Below are positions 19,577 through 28,691 of a stretch of 64,000 nucleotides of DNA, one piece after another; the first letter of the stretch is position 1, and the number at the start of each line of letters is the position of its first letter. The stretch comes from Vulcanimicrobiota bacterium. GTDB taxonomy: Bacteria; Vulcanimicrobiota; Vulcanimicrobiia; Eremiobacterales; Eremiobacteraceae. The notes under the pieces are model-generated. The model was not told the origin of the DNA. It made no database searches and worked only from the letters and a program-made list of their open reading frames with translations. The translations under genes were made by a program, and so were the position numbers. The stretch covers positions 64,001 through 128,000 of the forward strand of contig CAWDVP010000002.1 of the NCBI GenBank assembly GCA_963805945.1. The letters run 5' to 3'.

Positions 19577-21092
19577 GCGCATCGTCCTGTGCATTCTCGA
19601 CGGTTTTGGCATCTCCAGCGAAACGCGCGGCAACGCGATCGCGGCAGCGAAGATGCCGAACTATCGGCGCATGGCGACGCAGTATCCGATGACCGAGCTC
19701 GGCGCCGGCGGCGAAGCGGTGGGGCTGCCGGCCGGCCAGCAGGGCAACAGCGAGGTCGGCCATCTCAATCTGGGCGCGGGCCGCGTCGTCTACCAGAGCA
19801 TCACGCGCATCGACCAGGCCATCACCGACGGGAAGTTCGCGAACAACCCCTCGCTGCGGCAGTGCTTCGCGCATTGCGCGCGCACCGGCGGCACGTTCCA
19901 ACTGCTGGGACTCGTCTCGCCCGGCGGCGTGCATTCCTCGATGAAGCATCTCTTCGCGCTGTTGGACGCCGCTGCGCAGGCGGGCGTGCGGGTGCGTGTC
20001 GCCGCGTTCCTCGATGGCCGCGACACGCCGCCGAACAGCGCCGGTCCGTATCTCGACGAGCTGCAAGCGAAGTGCGCGCAGCTGCCCGATGCCGCCATTT
20101 CGTTGATCTGCGGCCGCTACTTCGCGATGGATCGCGACAAGCGCTGGGACCGCACGCAAGTGGCGTACGACGCGCTGGTGCGCGGCGTCGGCTTCAGCGC
20201 GAACAACGTCACCGACGCGCTCGGCGCCGCGTACGCGCGCGGCGAGAGCGACGAGTTCGTAAAGCCGACTTTGATCGGGGCGGCGGACCCGATCGTGCGC
20301 GACGGCGACGCCTGTCTTTTCTTCAACTTCCGTCCCGACCGGGCGCGCCAGCTCACGCTCGCGTTCTCCGATCCATCGTTCGCTGAGTTCCCGGTCGAGC
20401 ATTTCAACGATTTCATCTTCGCCATCATGACGCAGTACGATGAGAGCTTCCCGAATCCGGTGTTGTTCGGACGCATCGTGGAGGACGAGACGCTCGGCGC
20501 GGTCGTCTCCGCCGCCGGGCTCACCCAGCTGCGCTTGGCGGAGACCGAGAAGTACGCGCACGTCACCTATTTCTTCTCCGGTGGGCATGAAGAGCCGTAT
20601 CCGGGCGAAGATCGGGTGCTCATCCCGTCGGCGCGCGACGTCGGCACCTACGACCACAAGCCGGAGATGCGCGCGCGAGAGATCACGCAAGCCGCGGTCG
20701 ACGCGGTCCGCTCGGAGAAATACGATCTGATCGTCCTCAACTACGCCAATCCCGACATGGTCGGCCACACCGGCAAGTGGGAGCCGATCATCACCGCGCT
20801 CGACGTCGTGGACGACTGCCTCGGCACGCTCGAAAAGGCGGTGCTGGAGACCGGCGCGGTCATGCTCGTCACGGCAGACCACGGCAATGCCGAAGAGAAG
20901 ATCGATCTGAAGACTGGCAAAGAGCTCACCGCGCACACCGCCAATCCGGTGCCGCTCGTGCTGATCGGCGACGGCCCGGGGCCGTTGCGGAGCGGCGGCC
21001 GGCTCGCCGACGTCGCGCCGACGATCTGCGCGCTCATGGGGCTGGCGCAGCCGCCTGAGATGACGGGCAAGGATCTGCTGCCTGCGGGCTAG
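19560..21092 (+). CDS. gpmI: 2,3-bisphosphoglycerate-independent phosphoglycerate mutase
   Basis: ILDGFG, GNSEVGH, DGRDTPP, AETEKYAHVT, NPDMVGHTG, ADHGNAE. Confidence 0.97.
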   Translation: MPATGKRIVLCILDGFGISSETRGNAIAAAKMPNYRRMATQYPMTELGAGGEAVGLPAGQQGNSEVGHLNLGAGRVVYQSITRIDQAITDGKFANNPSLRQCFAHCARTGGTFQLLGLVSPGGVHSSMKHLFALLDAAAQAGVRVRVAAFLDGRDTPPNSAGPYLDELQAKCAQLPDAAISLICGRYFAMDRDKRWDRTQVAYDALVRGVGFSANNVTDALGAAYARGESDEFVKPTLIGAADPIVRDGDACLFFNFRPDRARQLTLAFSDPSFAEFPVEHFNDFIFAIMTQYDESFPNPVLFGRIVEDETLGAVVSAAGLTQLRLAETEKYAHVTYFFSGGHEEPYPGEDRVLIPSARDVGTYDHKPEMRAREITQAAVDAVRSEKYDLIVLNYANPDMVGHTGKWEPIITALDVVDDCLGTLEKAVLETGAVMLVTADHGNAEEKIDLKTGKELTAHTANPVPLVLIGDGPGPLRSGGRLADVAPTICALMGLAQPPEMTGKDLLPAG

Positions 21093-21805
21093 CCGAGCCC
21101 GGGCAATGGCGAGAATGTCCCCTTCTGGTAGTAGCCGCTGAAGCCGGTGCCATCCCAGACATAGCACAGCTGCATGACTTCGACGCACTGCGAAAGAGCA
21201 CGAGGACGGAAGATCGCGACGCATTGACCTCCCGCGTGCCGCACGCTATCCCAGGCGATGCCCACGGAATCTTGCGCGTGCAGCCGCTTGGCGAGCGCCT
21301 GCGAGGCGGCATAGCTCGTCCGCGAATATTCAGCGCGGAAATCTTCTTGTAGGCTGCGCAGGTCGTGCATCTGCCCGGCGACCCTGACGTGGTACACCCG
21401 CATGTCGAGTTCCATCGGTTCCTGATTTGTCGCTCGCATGAATCGTGCCCGATGGTACATCGTCTCGGCGATCGCGGTCGGAAGCGCGCGCGCTGCATAG
21501 AAAACGCCGTACGTGCCGTCGCTGAAACGGCTTCCCTCGGGATTGAGGTGCGTGAAGCTGGCCATGATCACCGAGGCGTTCGCCCCACTGATGCGCTCGT
21601 GCGCGGGCATGCGCGGGAGGTCGCCGACTTCATCCCGGATACGATCGTTGGTCTTCGCCTCGAGCGCGTTGACATTTTCGAGATCTTTGGGAGCCGCGAC
21701 CTGATCGAACAGCGATATCGGTGGGTAGCGGCTCGGGACGATGCGACACGCCGCCTGCCACAGCAGACGGCGTGCGGGGATCTCAAGCCGTCGCGGACGC
21801 CTCAC
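21089..21805 (-). CDS. RES-domain toxin (NAD+-degrading family)
   Basis: RIVPSRYPPI, SRFSDGTYGVFYAA, TAIAET and SVR motifs; coupled to the antitoxin below. Confidence 0.88.
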   Translation of the reverse strand: MRRPRRLEIPARRLLWQAACRIVPSRYPPISLFDQVAAPKDLENVNALEAKTNDRIRDEVGDLPRMPAHERISGANASVIMASFTHLNPEGSRFSDGTYGVFYAARALPTAIAETMYHRARFMRATNQEPMELDMRVYHVRVAGQMHDLRSLQEDFRAEYSRTSYAASQALAKRLHAQDSVGIAWDSVRHAGGQCVAIFRPRALSQCVEVMQLCYVWDGTGFSGYYQKGTFSPLPGLG

Positions 21806-22212
21806 ACCCAGCCGCCGCGCTGCGCGTCGAGGTATTGCCGCACGCGATACAGATCCCCGACGTTACCGGCCATCATGACGTCGAGCGCTGACTTCCCGCC
21901 GAACATCGGTGCGGAGTTGGGCCGTTTCACCCACGCGTCGGCGGCCGCTTGGCGAGGCAGCAGGATCTGCAAAGCGGCATAGATCCCGAGGATGTATGAG
22001 ATACGTTCTAGCGTATCGCGCGCGAGCGGCGGGTTGGCTTCGTTCTTCCATTTGAAATATGTGGACTGCGAACTCAGCCCCAACAGGGTCATCTGCTCTT
22101 TCACGGACAGGCCCCAGCGCTTGGCGATGTTGACGAACGTCCGTAGACCCGGCCCCGCGAGTTCCGGCTCGAACCCGAGCCCGGCGCGGCGGGTTATCGT
22201 GGCTACTGGCAT
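21802..22212 (-). CDS. Xre/MbcA/ParS antitoxin
   Basis: N-terminal HTH; ERISYILGIY, WVKRPNSAPMFGG, VRQYLDAQRG. Confidence 0.9.
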   Translation of the reverse strand: MPVATITRRAGLGFEPELAGPGLRTFVNIAKRWGLSVKEQMTLLGLSSQSTYFKWKNEANPPLARDTLERISYILGIYAALQILLPRQAAADAWVKRPNSAPMFGGKSALDVMMAGNVGDLYRVRQYLDAQRGGWV

Positions 22213-22273
22213 ATATCTCTATTTATGGAGCTTTACAATATTTACCTCTATTAGTGGACTTACTCCTCTCTTC

Positions 22274-22594
22274 TCACGATTCTGGGCCGATGTCCTCGAA
22301 CTGCTCGATCTCGTAGCTGCCCTCCGGGAACTCGGCCACGATCCGTAGCCGGCCGTTGAGCGCCTCGACGTAATTTCGAAGCGTGCTGATGTAGGCATCG
22401 GCGCGATGCTCGAGCTTTGAGATCTCACCTTGGGTGGTATCCATGGTATGAGCAAGCGTCTCTTGTGACAATCGCCGGGCACGGCGCAGCTCTTGGAGAG
22501 GCAGCGCCGCCAGAATCGCAGTGGCACGGCGGCGGGCCTGAGCCTGACGCTCCGGCGGCATTCCTGAGCGCAATTGAGCGAACTTCTTAGCCAT
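22274..22594 (-). CDS. XRE-family HTH antitoxin (HigA-like)
   Basis: LQELRRARRLSQETLA...QGEISKLEHRAD..ISTLR.YVEAL.G.L. Confidence 0.88.
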   Translation of the reverse strand: MAKKFAQLRSGMPPERQAQARRRATAILAALPLQELRRARRLSQETLAHTMDTTQGEISKLEHRADAYISTLRNYVEALNGRLRIVAEFPEGSYEIEQFEDIGPES

Positions 22595-22946
22595 GAGCGT
22601 CCTCTCCGATCTCCCGTAGATGCTCGTCATAGAGGCGATCCGCGACCGGAACGTGGCGTTCGTAGAAACGCCTGTCGCCGGTCTTGTCGCCGCCGATCAG
22701 CAGAATAGCAGAACGACGCGGATCGAATGCATAAAAGATCCGGGGTGGGCGGCCCTGGCTCTGCACGCGCAGCTCGCGCATATTCGGATGACGAGATCCC
22801 TTAACCGCGTCTGCGAGCGGTCGCGTCAACGCGGGGCCGCGCTCCTCCAAGATGTGCATCATCGTATCGACATCTTCTTGGGCGTCGGCATCGAGCGTTT
22901 CCCACCACTCCCCGAATTGGTCGGTATATTCGATGTCCCAGCTCAT
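22587..22946 (-). CDS. RelE/HigB-like (Gp49-like) toxin
   Basis: GPALTRPLADAVKGSRHPNMRELR, RIFYAFDPRRSAILLIGGDK. Confidence 0.9.
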   Translation of the reverse strand: MSWDIEYTDQFGEWWETLDADAQEDVDTMMHILEERGPALTRPLADAVKGSRHPNMRELRVQSQGRPPRIFYAFDPRRSAILLIGGDKTGDRRFYERHVPVADRLYDEHLREIGEDAHG

Positions 22947-22951
22947 TGTGG

Positions 22952-22980
22952 ATTATAGGCTATACCATATATTCTGTCAA
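22952..22980 (-). promoter_or_regulatory. Consensus sigma70 promoter for the TA operon (likely leaderless mRNA)
   Basis: TTGACA-N17-TATAAT; ATG only 5 nt after the -10 box; overlapping AT-rich imperfect palindromes. Confidence 0.85.
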
Positions 22981-23145
22981 GCATATATATGCGAGGCCTC
23001 CCGCTTGTAACATCAGGTAACCAGTCGATCTTGTCCACAACGCGCATCGGTGTCCGTTCACATCCCGTTCACATTCGGTCCGCAAGCCGGCAATGCGTCG
23101 GGCGTAGCCTCGGGTTCCACCCCCCTAGGTGGATGAGAGGTCCAT

Positions 23146-23784
23146 ATGCAGATCCCCGATGCGCTTTCCAGCGCCGCTGCGGGCATGAAGACCCAGAGCG
23201 CGCGCCTCGACACCATCGCCGAGAATCTCTCCAACGCTTCGACCGCCGGCTATCGCTCGCGGCGTTCCGTGCTGGCGCGTTTCGGCGAGCGGTTGCGGAC
23301 GGCAACGGTCGCCGCGGAGTCCCAAGGTCCCTTGCGCCGCACCGACGTGCCGACCGATCTCGCCCTGCTGGGTCCCGGCTATTTCGCGGTCGCCGCGCCG
23401 CACGGCGTGGAGTACACGCGTGACGGCCGCATGACCCTCGATGCTGACGATTACTTGTGCGACGCGCGCGGCAACAAGGTGCTCGGTTCGCTCGGACCGG
23501 TGCGCATGCCGCGTGGTGCGCTCGTGCACCCGGACGGGCGCGTCTATGCGAGCGGCCGGGTCATCGACCGCCTGCGCATCGTGGAGCTCGACGGCACTCA
23601 TGTCAAACGCGCCGCCGCCTCGGTGCGGGCGGGCTACCTCGAAGACTCCGGCGTCGATCCCATCGCCGAGATGACGTCGCTCGTCGCGACGCAGCGGGCG
23701 TACGAAGCGGATCAGAAAGCCGCGCAGCGCGCCGACGACTCCTTGAGGCTCGCGGTCACCGACGTGCCGACGGTGCGCTCGTGA
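23146..23784 (+). CDS. Flagellar basal-body rod protein (FlgF/FlhO-like)
   Basis: LDTIAENLSNASTAGY, DLALLGPGYF, YTRDG, LEDSGVD.IAEM...QRAYE. Confidence 0.85.
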   Translation: MQIPDALSSAAAGMKTQSARLDTIAENLSNASTAGYRSRRSVLARFGERLRTATVAAESQGPLRRTDVPTDLALLGPGYFAVAAPHGVEYTRDGRMTLDADDYLCDARGNKVLGSLGPVRMPRGALVHPDGRVYASGRVIDRLRIVELDGTHVKRAAASVRAGYLEDSGVDPIAEMTSLVATQRAYEADQKAAQRADDSLRLAVTDVPTVRS

Positions 23785-24515
23785 ATCGCGCGTTGGCAGC
23801 CGGCGCGTCCGGCATGACGGTGCAGCAGAGCGTGCTCGACACCATCGCCGCCAATCTCTCCAACATCGACACGCCAGGCTTCCGCGTCGATCGGCCCGAG
23901 TTCGCGGCGCTCATCGGTCCGGACGGGCGCGGCATGGGAGCTTCCGCCCAAACCCCGCAGCGCCTGTTCTCGCAAGGCAGGCTCGACGCCACCAGCAACG
24001 ACTACGACCTCGCGATCGATGGCGAGGGCCTCTTCGAAGTGCGCGCGGCATCGGGCGCCGTCGCGTACACGCGCGCCGGCAATTTCACACCGAGCGTCGA
24101 CGGCAAGCTCCGGCTGCCGAACGGCGCCGCCCTCACCGGCGTGCGATTGCCGGACGGCGCTATGACGACCACGATCGCGCCGGACGGGCGGATCCGCGTG
24201 CGCGTCGCCGGCAAGGCCGATGCAATGGCCGCGGGTCGCGCCCGGCTGTGCGCGTTCGCCAACAATGCCGGGCTGCGGCTCGGACCGGATGGGTTGTTCT
24301 ATCCCACCGCCGGGGCCGGCAAACTCTATCGAGGCGACCCGGGCAGCGGTGGCTTCGGCCATCTCAAGCAGCGCTGTCTGGAACGCGCTAATGTCAGCGT
24401 CGTCGGCGCCATGATGGCCGTGCTCGCGGCCCAGCGCTCCTATGAGGCGAATGCCAAGAGCGTCCAGGCGGCCGACGAGATGCTCCGCCTCGCGAACAAC
24501 CTCGAGCGCGGCTGA
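23781..24515 (+). CDS. flgG: Flagellar distal rod protein FlgG-like
   Basis: IAANLSNIDTPGF, FSQG, DLAIDGEGLF, YTRAGNF, LERANVS...AQRSYEANAKSVQAADEML. Confidence 0.8.
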   Translation: MNRALAAGASGMTVQQSVLDTIAANLSNIDTPGFRVDRPEFAALIGPDGRGMGASAQTPQRLFSQGRLDATSNDYDLAIDGEGLFEVRAASGAVAYTRAGNFTPSVDGKLRLPNGAALTGVRLPDGAMTTTIAPDGRIRVRVAGKADAMAAGRARLCAFANNAGLRLGPDGLFYPTAGAGKLYRGDPGSGGFGHLKQRCLERANVSVVGAMMAVLAAQRSYEANAKSVQAADEMLRLANNLERG

Positions 24516-24522
24516 CGTCGCC

Positions 24523-24780
24523 ATGGATGCGCGGCTGTTCTCGGCCTGTCAAGAATTCGAAGCGTTCATGCTACGCCCGCTCTTCTCCGAGATGCGCATC
24601 GCTCATCCGCTTCCATCAGCAGATGGAGACGGCTCCGGCGACGGTACCGTGGGCGCGAACGGATCCGACGATCTCTTGCAATCCTTATACGTGGAGACCC
24701 TTAGCACCGCGTTCGCGCGCGCCGGCGGCGTCGGCTTCGCCGCCGAACTGTCGCGATCGCTCGGGCAGCAGCCGACATGA
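24523..24780 (+). CDS. Short rod-capping FlgJ-like (Rod-binding domain only)
   Basis: L..ACQEFEAFML..L..EMR ... GG.GFA..L..; follows the rod genes. Confidence 0.7.
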   Translation: MDARLFSACQEFEAFMLRPLFSEMRIAHPLPSADGDGSGDGTVGANGSDDLLQSLYVETLSTAFARAGGVGFAAELSRSLGQQPT

Positions 24781-25547
24781 TCGCCACTCCGTCTGTCGAC
24801 ATGGGCGCGCTCGCGGTGAATTACGCCTCGACTCGTGCCCGCGCCGATCGCGACCGGCTGTGTGAGGCCGCCATGCCGCTCGTCCGGCGCATCGCGCTTG
24901 TCGTGCGCCGCAGGCTGCCGCAGCATTTCGGCTATGACGACTTGGTCGGCGACGGCTGTCTTGGTCTGTTGCGCGCAGTCGAACGCTTCGATCCGTCCTT
25001 CGGCGTATCGTTCGAATCGTGGGCCGGGCGCATCATCCGCGGCGCCATGCTCAACGGCTTACGGCGCATGGATTCGATCCCCGAGCGGGTACGCCGCGAC
25101 GCCCGCGCGCTCGATGAGGCACGCTGGCTCATCGCACAACGCACCGGTACGTCTCCGGGCGACCACGAGGCTGCTCAGAGCGCGCAACTCACGATCAACA
25201 AGCTCGCCGCGGTGCGCGTGGCGTCGAAGCATTCGATGACGCTTTCCATCGACGCGCCGGCGCAGGCGGGCACGCGCGGTGCGCCGATCGCCGAGCGCCT
25301 CGCGTCGGCGCTGCGCGATCCGGCGGCGGTGGTCGCCGCGTCGTCGGTCCGCCGCATCATCGGGCGATCGGTCGCGCGGTTGCCTGGTCGTGAACGCGCG
25401 ATCATCGCCGCGTTCTACGGGCGCGGCGCGACCTTCAGCGAGATCGGGCGGACGCTCGGCGTCAGCAAGCAGCGCGTCTCCCAGCTGCACACGCGTGCAA
25501 TCGCCGGCCTGCGAACGGCGCTCGCGGACCTCTCGCGAGAAACATGA
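24777..25547 (+). CDS. fliA: Sigma28 (FliA/WhiG family) RNA polymerase sigma factor
   Basis: PLVRRIA, DDLVGDG.LGLL.AVERFDP, IRGAML..LR..D; region 4 EIG..LGVSKQRVSQLHTRA. Confidence 0.8.
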   Translation: MIATPSVDMGALAVNYASTRARADRDRLCEAAMPLVRRIALVVRRRLPQHFGYDDLVGDGCLGLLRAVERFDPSFGVSFESWAGRIIRGAMLNGLRRMDSIPERVRRDARALDEARWLIAQRTGTSPGDHEAAQSAQLTINKLAAVRVASKHSMTLSIDAPAQAGTRGAPIAERLASALRDPAAVVAASSVRRIIGRSVARLPGRERAIIAAFYGRGATFSEIGRTLGVSKQRVSQLHTRAIAGLRTALADLSRET

Positions 25548-25870
25548 CCGCGCTGCGTCCGCGCGACGACGTACCCGAGCTACGCTCGGCCACTACGGGC
25601 TCAGCGAGTCGAACTGCGCCTGCGGCGATCATCACCTCTTCGGGAGTAGGCGCGCTCGAGGCGCTGGAGCCGCTCGATCTCGGAGGCATCGCCGGCGCAG
25701 GCGGCGCCGATACAGGGCGCGACGCGATCGTCTTGGGCGCCCGGGCGGCGGCGCTGATCCGGGCAGGGCTGGCGGTGCGCGCGTTCGTGCTGCTCGCGCT
25801 GGCGCACACGCATCTCACGCGCACGATCGGCGGGCGCGTCGTCACGCTCGAGTTCGGGGTGTATCGCTAG
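25544..25870 (+). CDS. Hypothetical protein coupled to fliA
   Basis: ATGA overlap with the fliA stop; no recognisable motif. Confidence 0.45.
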   Translation: MTALRPRDDVPELRSATTGSASRTAPAAIITSSGVGALEALEPLDLGGIAGAGGADTGRDAIVLGARAAALIRAGLAVRAFVLLALAHTHLTRTIGGRVVTLEFGVYR

Positions 25871-26403
25871 CTGTCGAGCCCGGTGTAGAGCGCCGACTCT
25901 TCGGCGTGCACGTCGGGGCCGGGCATGGGGATCGGCGGCGGCGCCACATCTCTGGCGGCGGCGACCTCTTCGTCGAGTTGCGCGGCGTGCCGGGCCAGGA
26001 ACGCGCGCAGATCCTGTTTGACCTGTGCCGCGTGGTCCTGATGCCGCTGCAGTTCGCGCTGGGCATCCGCGATGCGCTGCTTGATGACGCCGAGCTCGCT
26101 GTCGAGCTCCATCTTGGCGCGCTGCTTGATGAGGTCGACCTCTTTGTGAGCGGAGGCCTTCACCTCATCGGCGGTGCGCTGCGCGAGCACGAGCGTGCTT
26201 TGCAGGCTCTCCTCCATCGCGCGGAAATGCGCGAGCTTCTCCTGCATCTCGCCGAGACGCGCTTCAAGTTTGGTGCGATCCTCGATCTCGGCCTCGAGCG
26301 TCTGGATGATCTCGTCGAGGAACGAGTCGACGTCCTCGCGCTGATAGCCCTGCAAGGCCTTCTTGAACTCTTTGTGCTGGACGTCGACCGGCGTGATCTT
26401 CAC
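25867..26403 (-). CDS. divIVA: DivIVA cell-division protein
   Basis: ITPVDVQHKEFKKALQGY..EDVD.FLD followed by coiled coil. Confidence 0.92.
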   Translation of the reverse strand: MKITPVDVQHKEFKKALQGYQREDVDSFLDEIIQTLEAEIEDRTKLEARLGEMQEKLAHFRAMEESLQSTLVLAQRTADEVKASAHKEVDLIKQRAKMELDSELGVIKQRIADAQRELQRHQDHAAQVKQDLRAFLARHAAQLDEEVAAARDVAPPPIPMPGPDVHAEESALYTGLDS

Positions 26404-26418
26404 TGGCGTGGCCTCCGG

Positions 26419-26820
26419 CTACCAGGCTTCGTACGAGCCGCCCGCAGCCAGCTCGGGATCCTTGGAGCTGATCTGCACGTTGCTGGGCGCGAACAGGAAG
26501 ATTCCCTCCGAGAGGCGCTGCATCTTGCCGTCCAGCGTGTAGACGACGCCGCTGAGGAAGTCGATGACGCGCTGCGAGAGCGCGCGGTCGGCGCCGACCA
26601 GGTTGACGACGACGAGCAAGCGAGCGCGCAGGTTGTCCGCGATGTCGGACACCTCGTCGTACTGGCGCGGATGGAAGACGGAGACGCCGATCTTGCGCGC
26701 GCCCTTGGCCTCGCCGATCGGGACGACTTTCGGTTTGCCTTCGTCGTCGAACAGCTCGTCGTCGTACTCATCGGTGTCCTTGAACCCCATGAAGTTGACG
26801 ACGCTCGACCAGACACCCAT
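26419..26820 (-). CDS. sepF: Cell division protein SepF
   Basis: P..YDE...IAD.L...VVVNL...QRVIDFLSG.VY.LDG.MQ......FLFAP.NV. Confidence 0.92.
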   Translation of the reverse strand: MGVWSSVVNFMGFKDTDEYDDELFDDEGKPKVVPIGEAKGARKIGVSVFHPRQYDEVSDIADNLRARLLVVVNLVGADRALSQRVIDFLSGVVYTLDGKMQRLSEGIFLFAPSNVQISSKDPELAAGGSYEAW

Positions 26821-26825
26821 TTCGT

Positions 26826-27563
26826 CTACCCTTTGCCTTTCACGGACCGGGGGCCGAACAGCGCGGTGCCGATGCGCACCATCGTCGTTCCCGCCGCCAC
26901 CGCGGCCTCGAGATCGCCGCTCATCCCCATCGACAGCATGTCGACCTGCGGGTGTTCGGCTGCGAGTTGCCGGTAGGCGCCGCTCGCCCGCTCGAACGCC
27001 TCGCGAGCGCGCGTTTGATCGTCCGGTGCGACGGCCATGACGCCGCGCAGCCGCAGCTGCGGCAGGCTCGCGAGCGCGCGGCCGAGCGCCGTGCACTCCG
27101 AGGGCGGCACGCCGTTGCGGTCGTCATCCGCGACGTTGACCTGGATCAGCACGTCGAGGATCTTGCCCGCTTCGGCCGCGCCGCGGTCGAGCGCGTGCGC
27201 GATGGATAGCGCACCGACCGTCTGCACGACGTCGAATAGGCCCGCGATCTTGCGCGCCTTGTTGCTCTGGACCCGACCGATGAAGTGCCGCCGCCAGAGA
27301 GACGGCCACGCGACGCGGGCGAATTTCGCCTGCGCTTCTTGGAGATAGTTCTCGCCGATATCCGCGATGTTCGCTGCGATAGCCGCCTCGATCGCCTCCG
27401 GCCCGAAGCCTTTCGTCACCGCCAGGATGCCCACGCACCGCGGGTCCCGGCCGGTTTGCGCGCACGCCCGTTCGATTCGCGCGCGCAGCGCCTCGAGGGC
27501 GGACGCGACGTTCCGAACCGGCGCACCGGCTCCGGCATCACTCACACGTTCGATTTGTTCCAT
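26826..27563 (-). CDS. yggS: PLP homeostasis protein YggS/YlmE
   Basis: LAVTK, GENYLQE, HFIGRVQSNK, LSMGMSGD, MVRIGTALFG. Confidence 0.95.
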   Translation of the reverse strand: MEQIERVSDAGAGAPVRNVASALEALRARIERACAQTGRDPRCVGILAVTKGFGPEAIEAAIAANIADIGENYLQEAQAKFARVAWPSLWRRHFIGRVQSNKARKIAGLFDVVQTVGALSIAHALDRGAAEAGKILDVLIQVNVADDDRNGVPPSECTALGRALASLPQLRLRGVMAVAPDDQTRAREAFERASGAYRQLAAEHPQVDMLSMGMSGDLEAAVAAGTTMVRIGTALFGPRSVKGKG

Positions 27564-27575
27564 CGTGCGGACCGC

Positions 27576-28691
27576 TTATCCTTCGCTGTCCTGGCTCGAA
27601 AGCGAGGCCAGCGCGGCATCACGCCACGCCGCAAACCTTTGTTGTCGGATGGCCTCGCGCGCCTGCTTGCCCAGCTCCATCAACATCCAGATATTGTGCT
27701 CGCTCACCGCACGCGGCGCGAGCATCTCGCCCGCACGGAAGCAGTGCGCGAGATACGCGCGCGTGAAGCGCGCGCAGGTCGGACAGCCGCACGCCGGATC
27801 GAGCGGCGTGAAATCGTCCGTGAAGCGCGCGTTGCGCAGGTTCAGGCGGCCGCGCGTCGTGAGCGCGAGCGCATGACGGGCGCAGCGGGTCGGGTAGACG
27901 CAGTCGAACATGTCGACGCCGAGGCCGATGCAGGCGAGCAGATCTTCCGGCGTGCCGACGCCCATCAGGTAGCGCGGCTTGTCAGCGGGCAGCTCGTCGC
28001 AGGTCGCGGCGGCCATCGCCAGGCTGTGCTCCTTGGTCTCGCCGACCCACAGCCCGCCGATCGCGTAGCCGGGGAAGTCGAGCGCGGCGAGCGCGCGCGC
28101 ATTCGCACGCCTGACGCCTTCGAACGTCGAACCTTGCACGATCGCGAAGGTGACCTGGTCCGCGCGCCGGCGCGCCGAGTGCGCCCGTTCCGCCCAGCGC
28201 AGCGTCCGCTCGGCGGCCTCGCGTGCCCGTGTTTCATCCACCCCGGCGGGCGCGACGTCGTCGAGCAGCATCGCGATGTCGCTGCCGAGGCGCTCTTGCA
28301 GCGCGACCACCGATTCCGGGGTGAAAGTGTGCTTCGTGCCGTCGAGATGCGAAGCGAAATGGTAACCGCTGTCGTCCACCGTCGCCAGCTTGGCGAGCGA
28401 GAACATCTGGAAGCCGCCGCTGTCGGTGAGCACGGCGTGCGGCCAACCCATGAACGCGTGCAACCCGCCCGCGCGCTCGATCAGGTCGACGCCGGGCCGT
28501 AGATAAAGATGATAGGCGTTGGCGAGGATGATGCGCGCGCCGCTGGCCCGCACCTCGTCCGGGGTGAGCCCCTTGATGCTGGCCTGCGTGCCCACCGGCA
28601 TGAACACCGGGGTCTCGACCTCGCCGTGAGCCGTGCGCAGGGTGCCCGCGCGGGCGGCGCCGTCGGACGCGTCCAGCGTGAAAGCCTTCAC
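27576..28691 (-). CDS. tgt: tRNA-guanine transglycosylase
   Basis: TPVFMPVGT, LTDSGGFQ, KPRYLMGVG, DMFDCV.PTR, CxCxxC zinc site. Confidence 0.96.
   Translation of the reverse strand: MKAFTLDASDGAARAGTLRTAHGEVETPVFMPVGTQASIKGLTPDEVRASGARIILANAYHLYLRPGVDLIERAGGLHAFMGWPHAVLTDSGGFQMFSLAKLATVDDSGYHFASHLDGTKHTFTPESVVALQERLGSDIAMLLDDVAPAGVDETRAREAAERTLRWAERAHSARRRADQVTFAIVQGSTFEGVRRANARALAALDFPGYAIGGLWVGETKEHSLAMAAATCDELPADKPRYLMGVGTPEDLLACIGLGVDMFDCVYPTRCARHALALTTRGRLNLRNARFTDDFTPLDPACGCPTCARFTRAYLAHCFRAGEMLAPRAVSEHNIWMLMELGKQAREAIRQQRFAAWRDAALASLSSQDSEG

Noticed and set aside
22990..23145. Possible c-di-GMP riboswitch or sigma28 promoter upstream of the flagellar genes
   Set aside because: Only a short TCCAC/GTGGA hairpin is present; I could not find the conserved riboswitch or TAAA-N15-GCCGATAA motifs.
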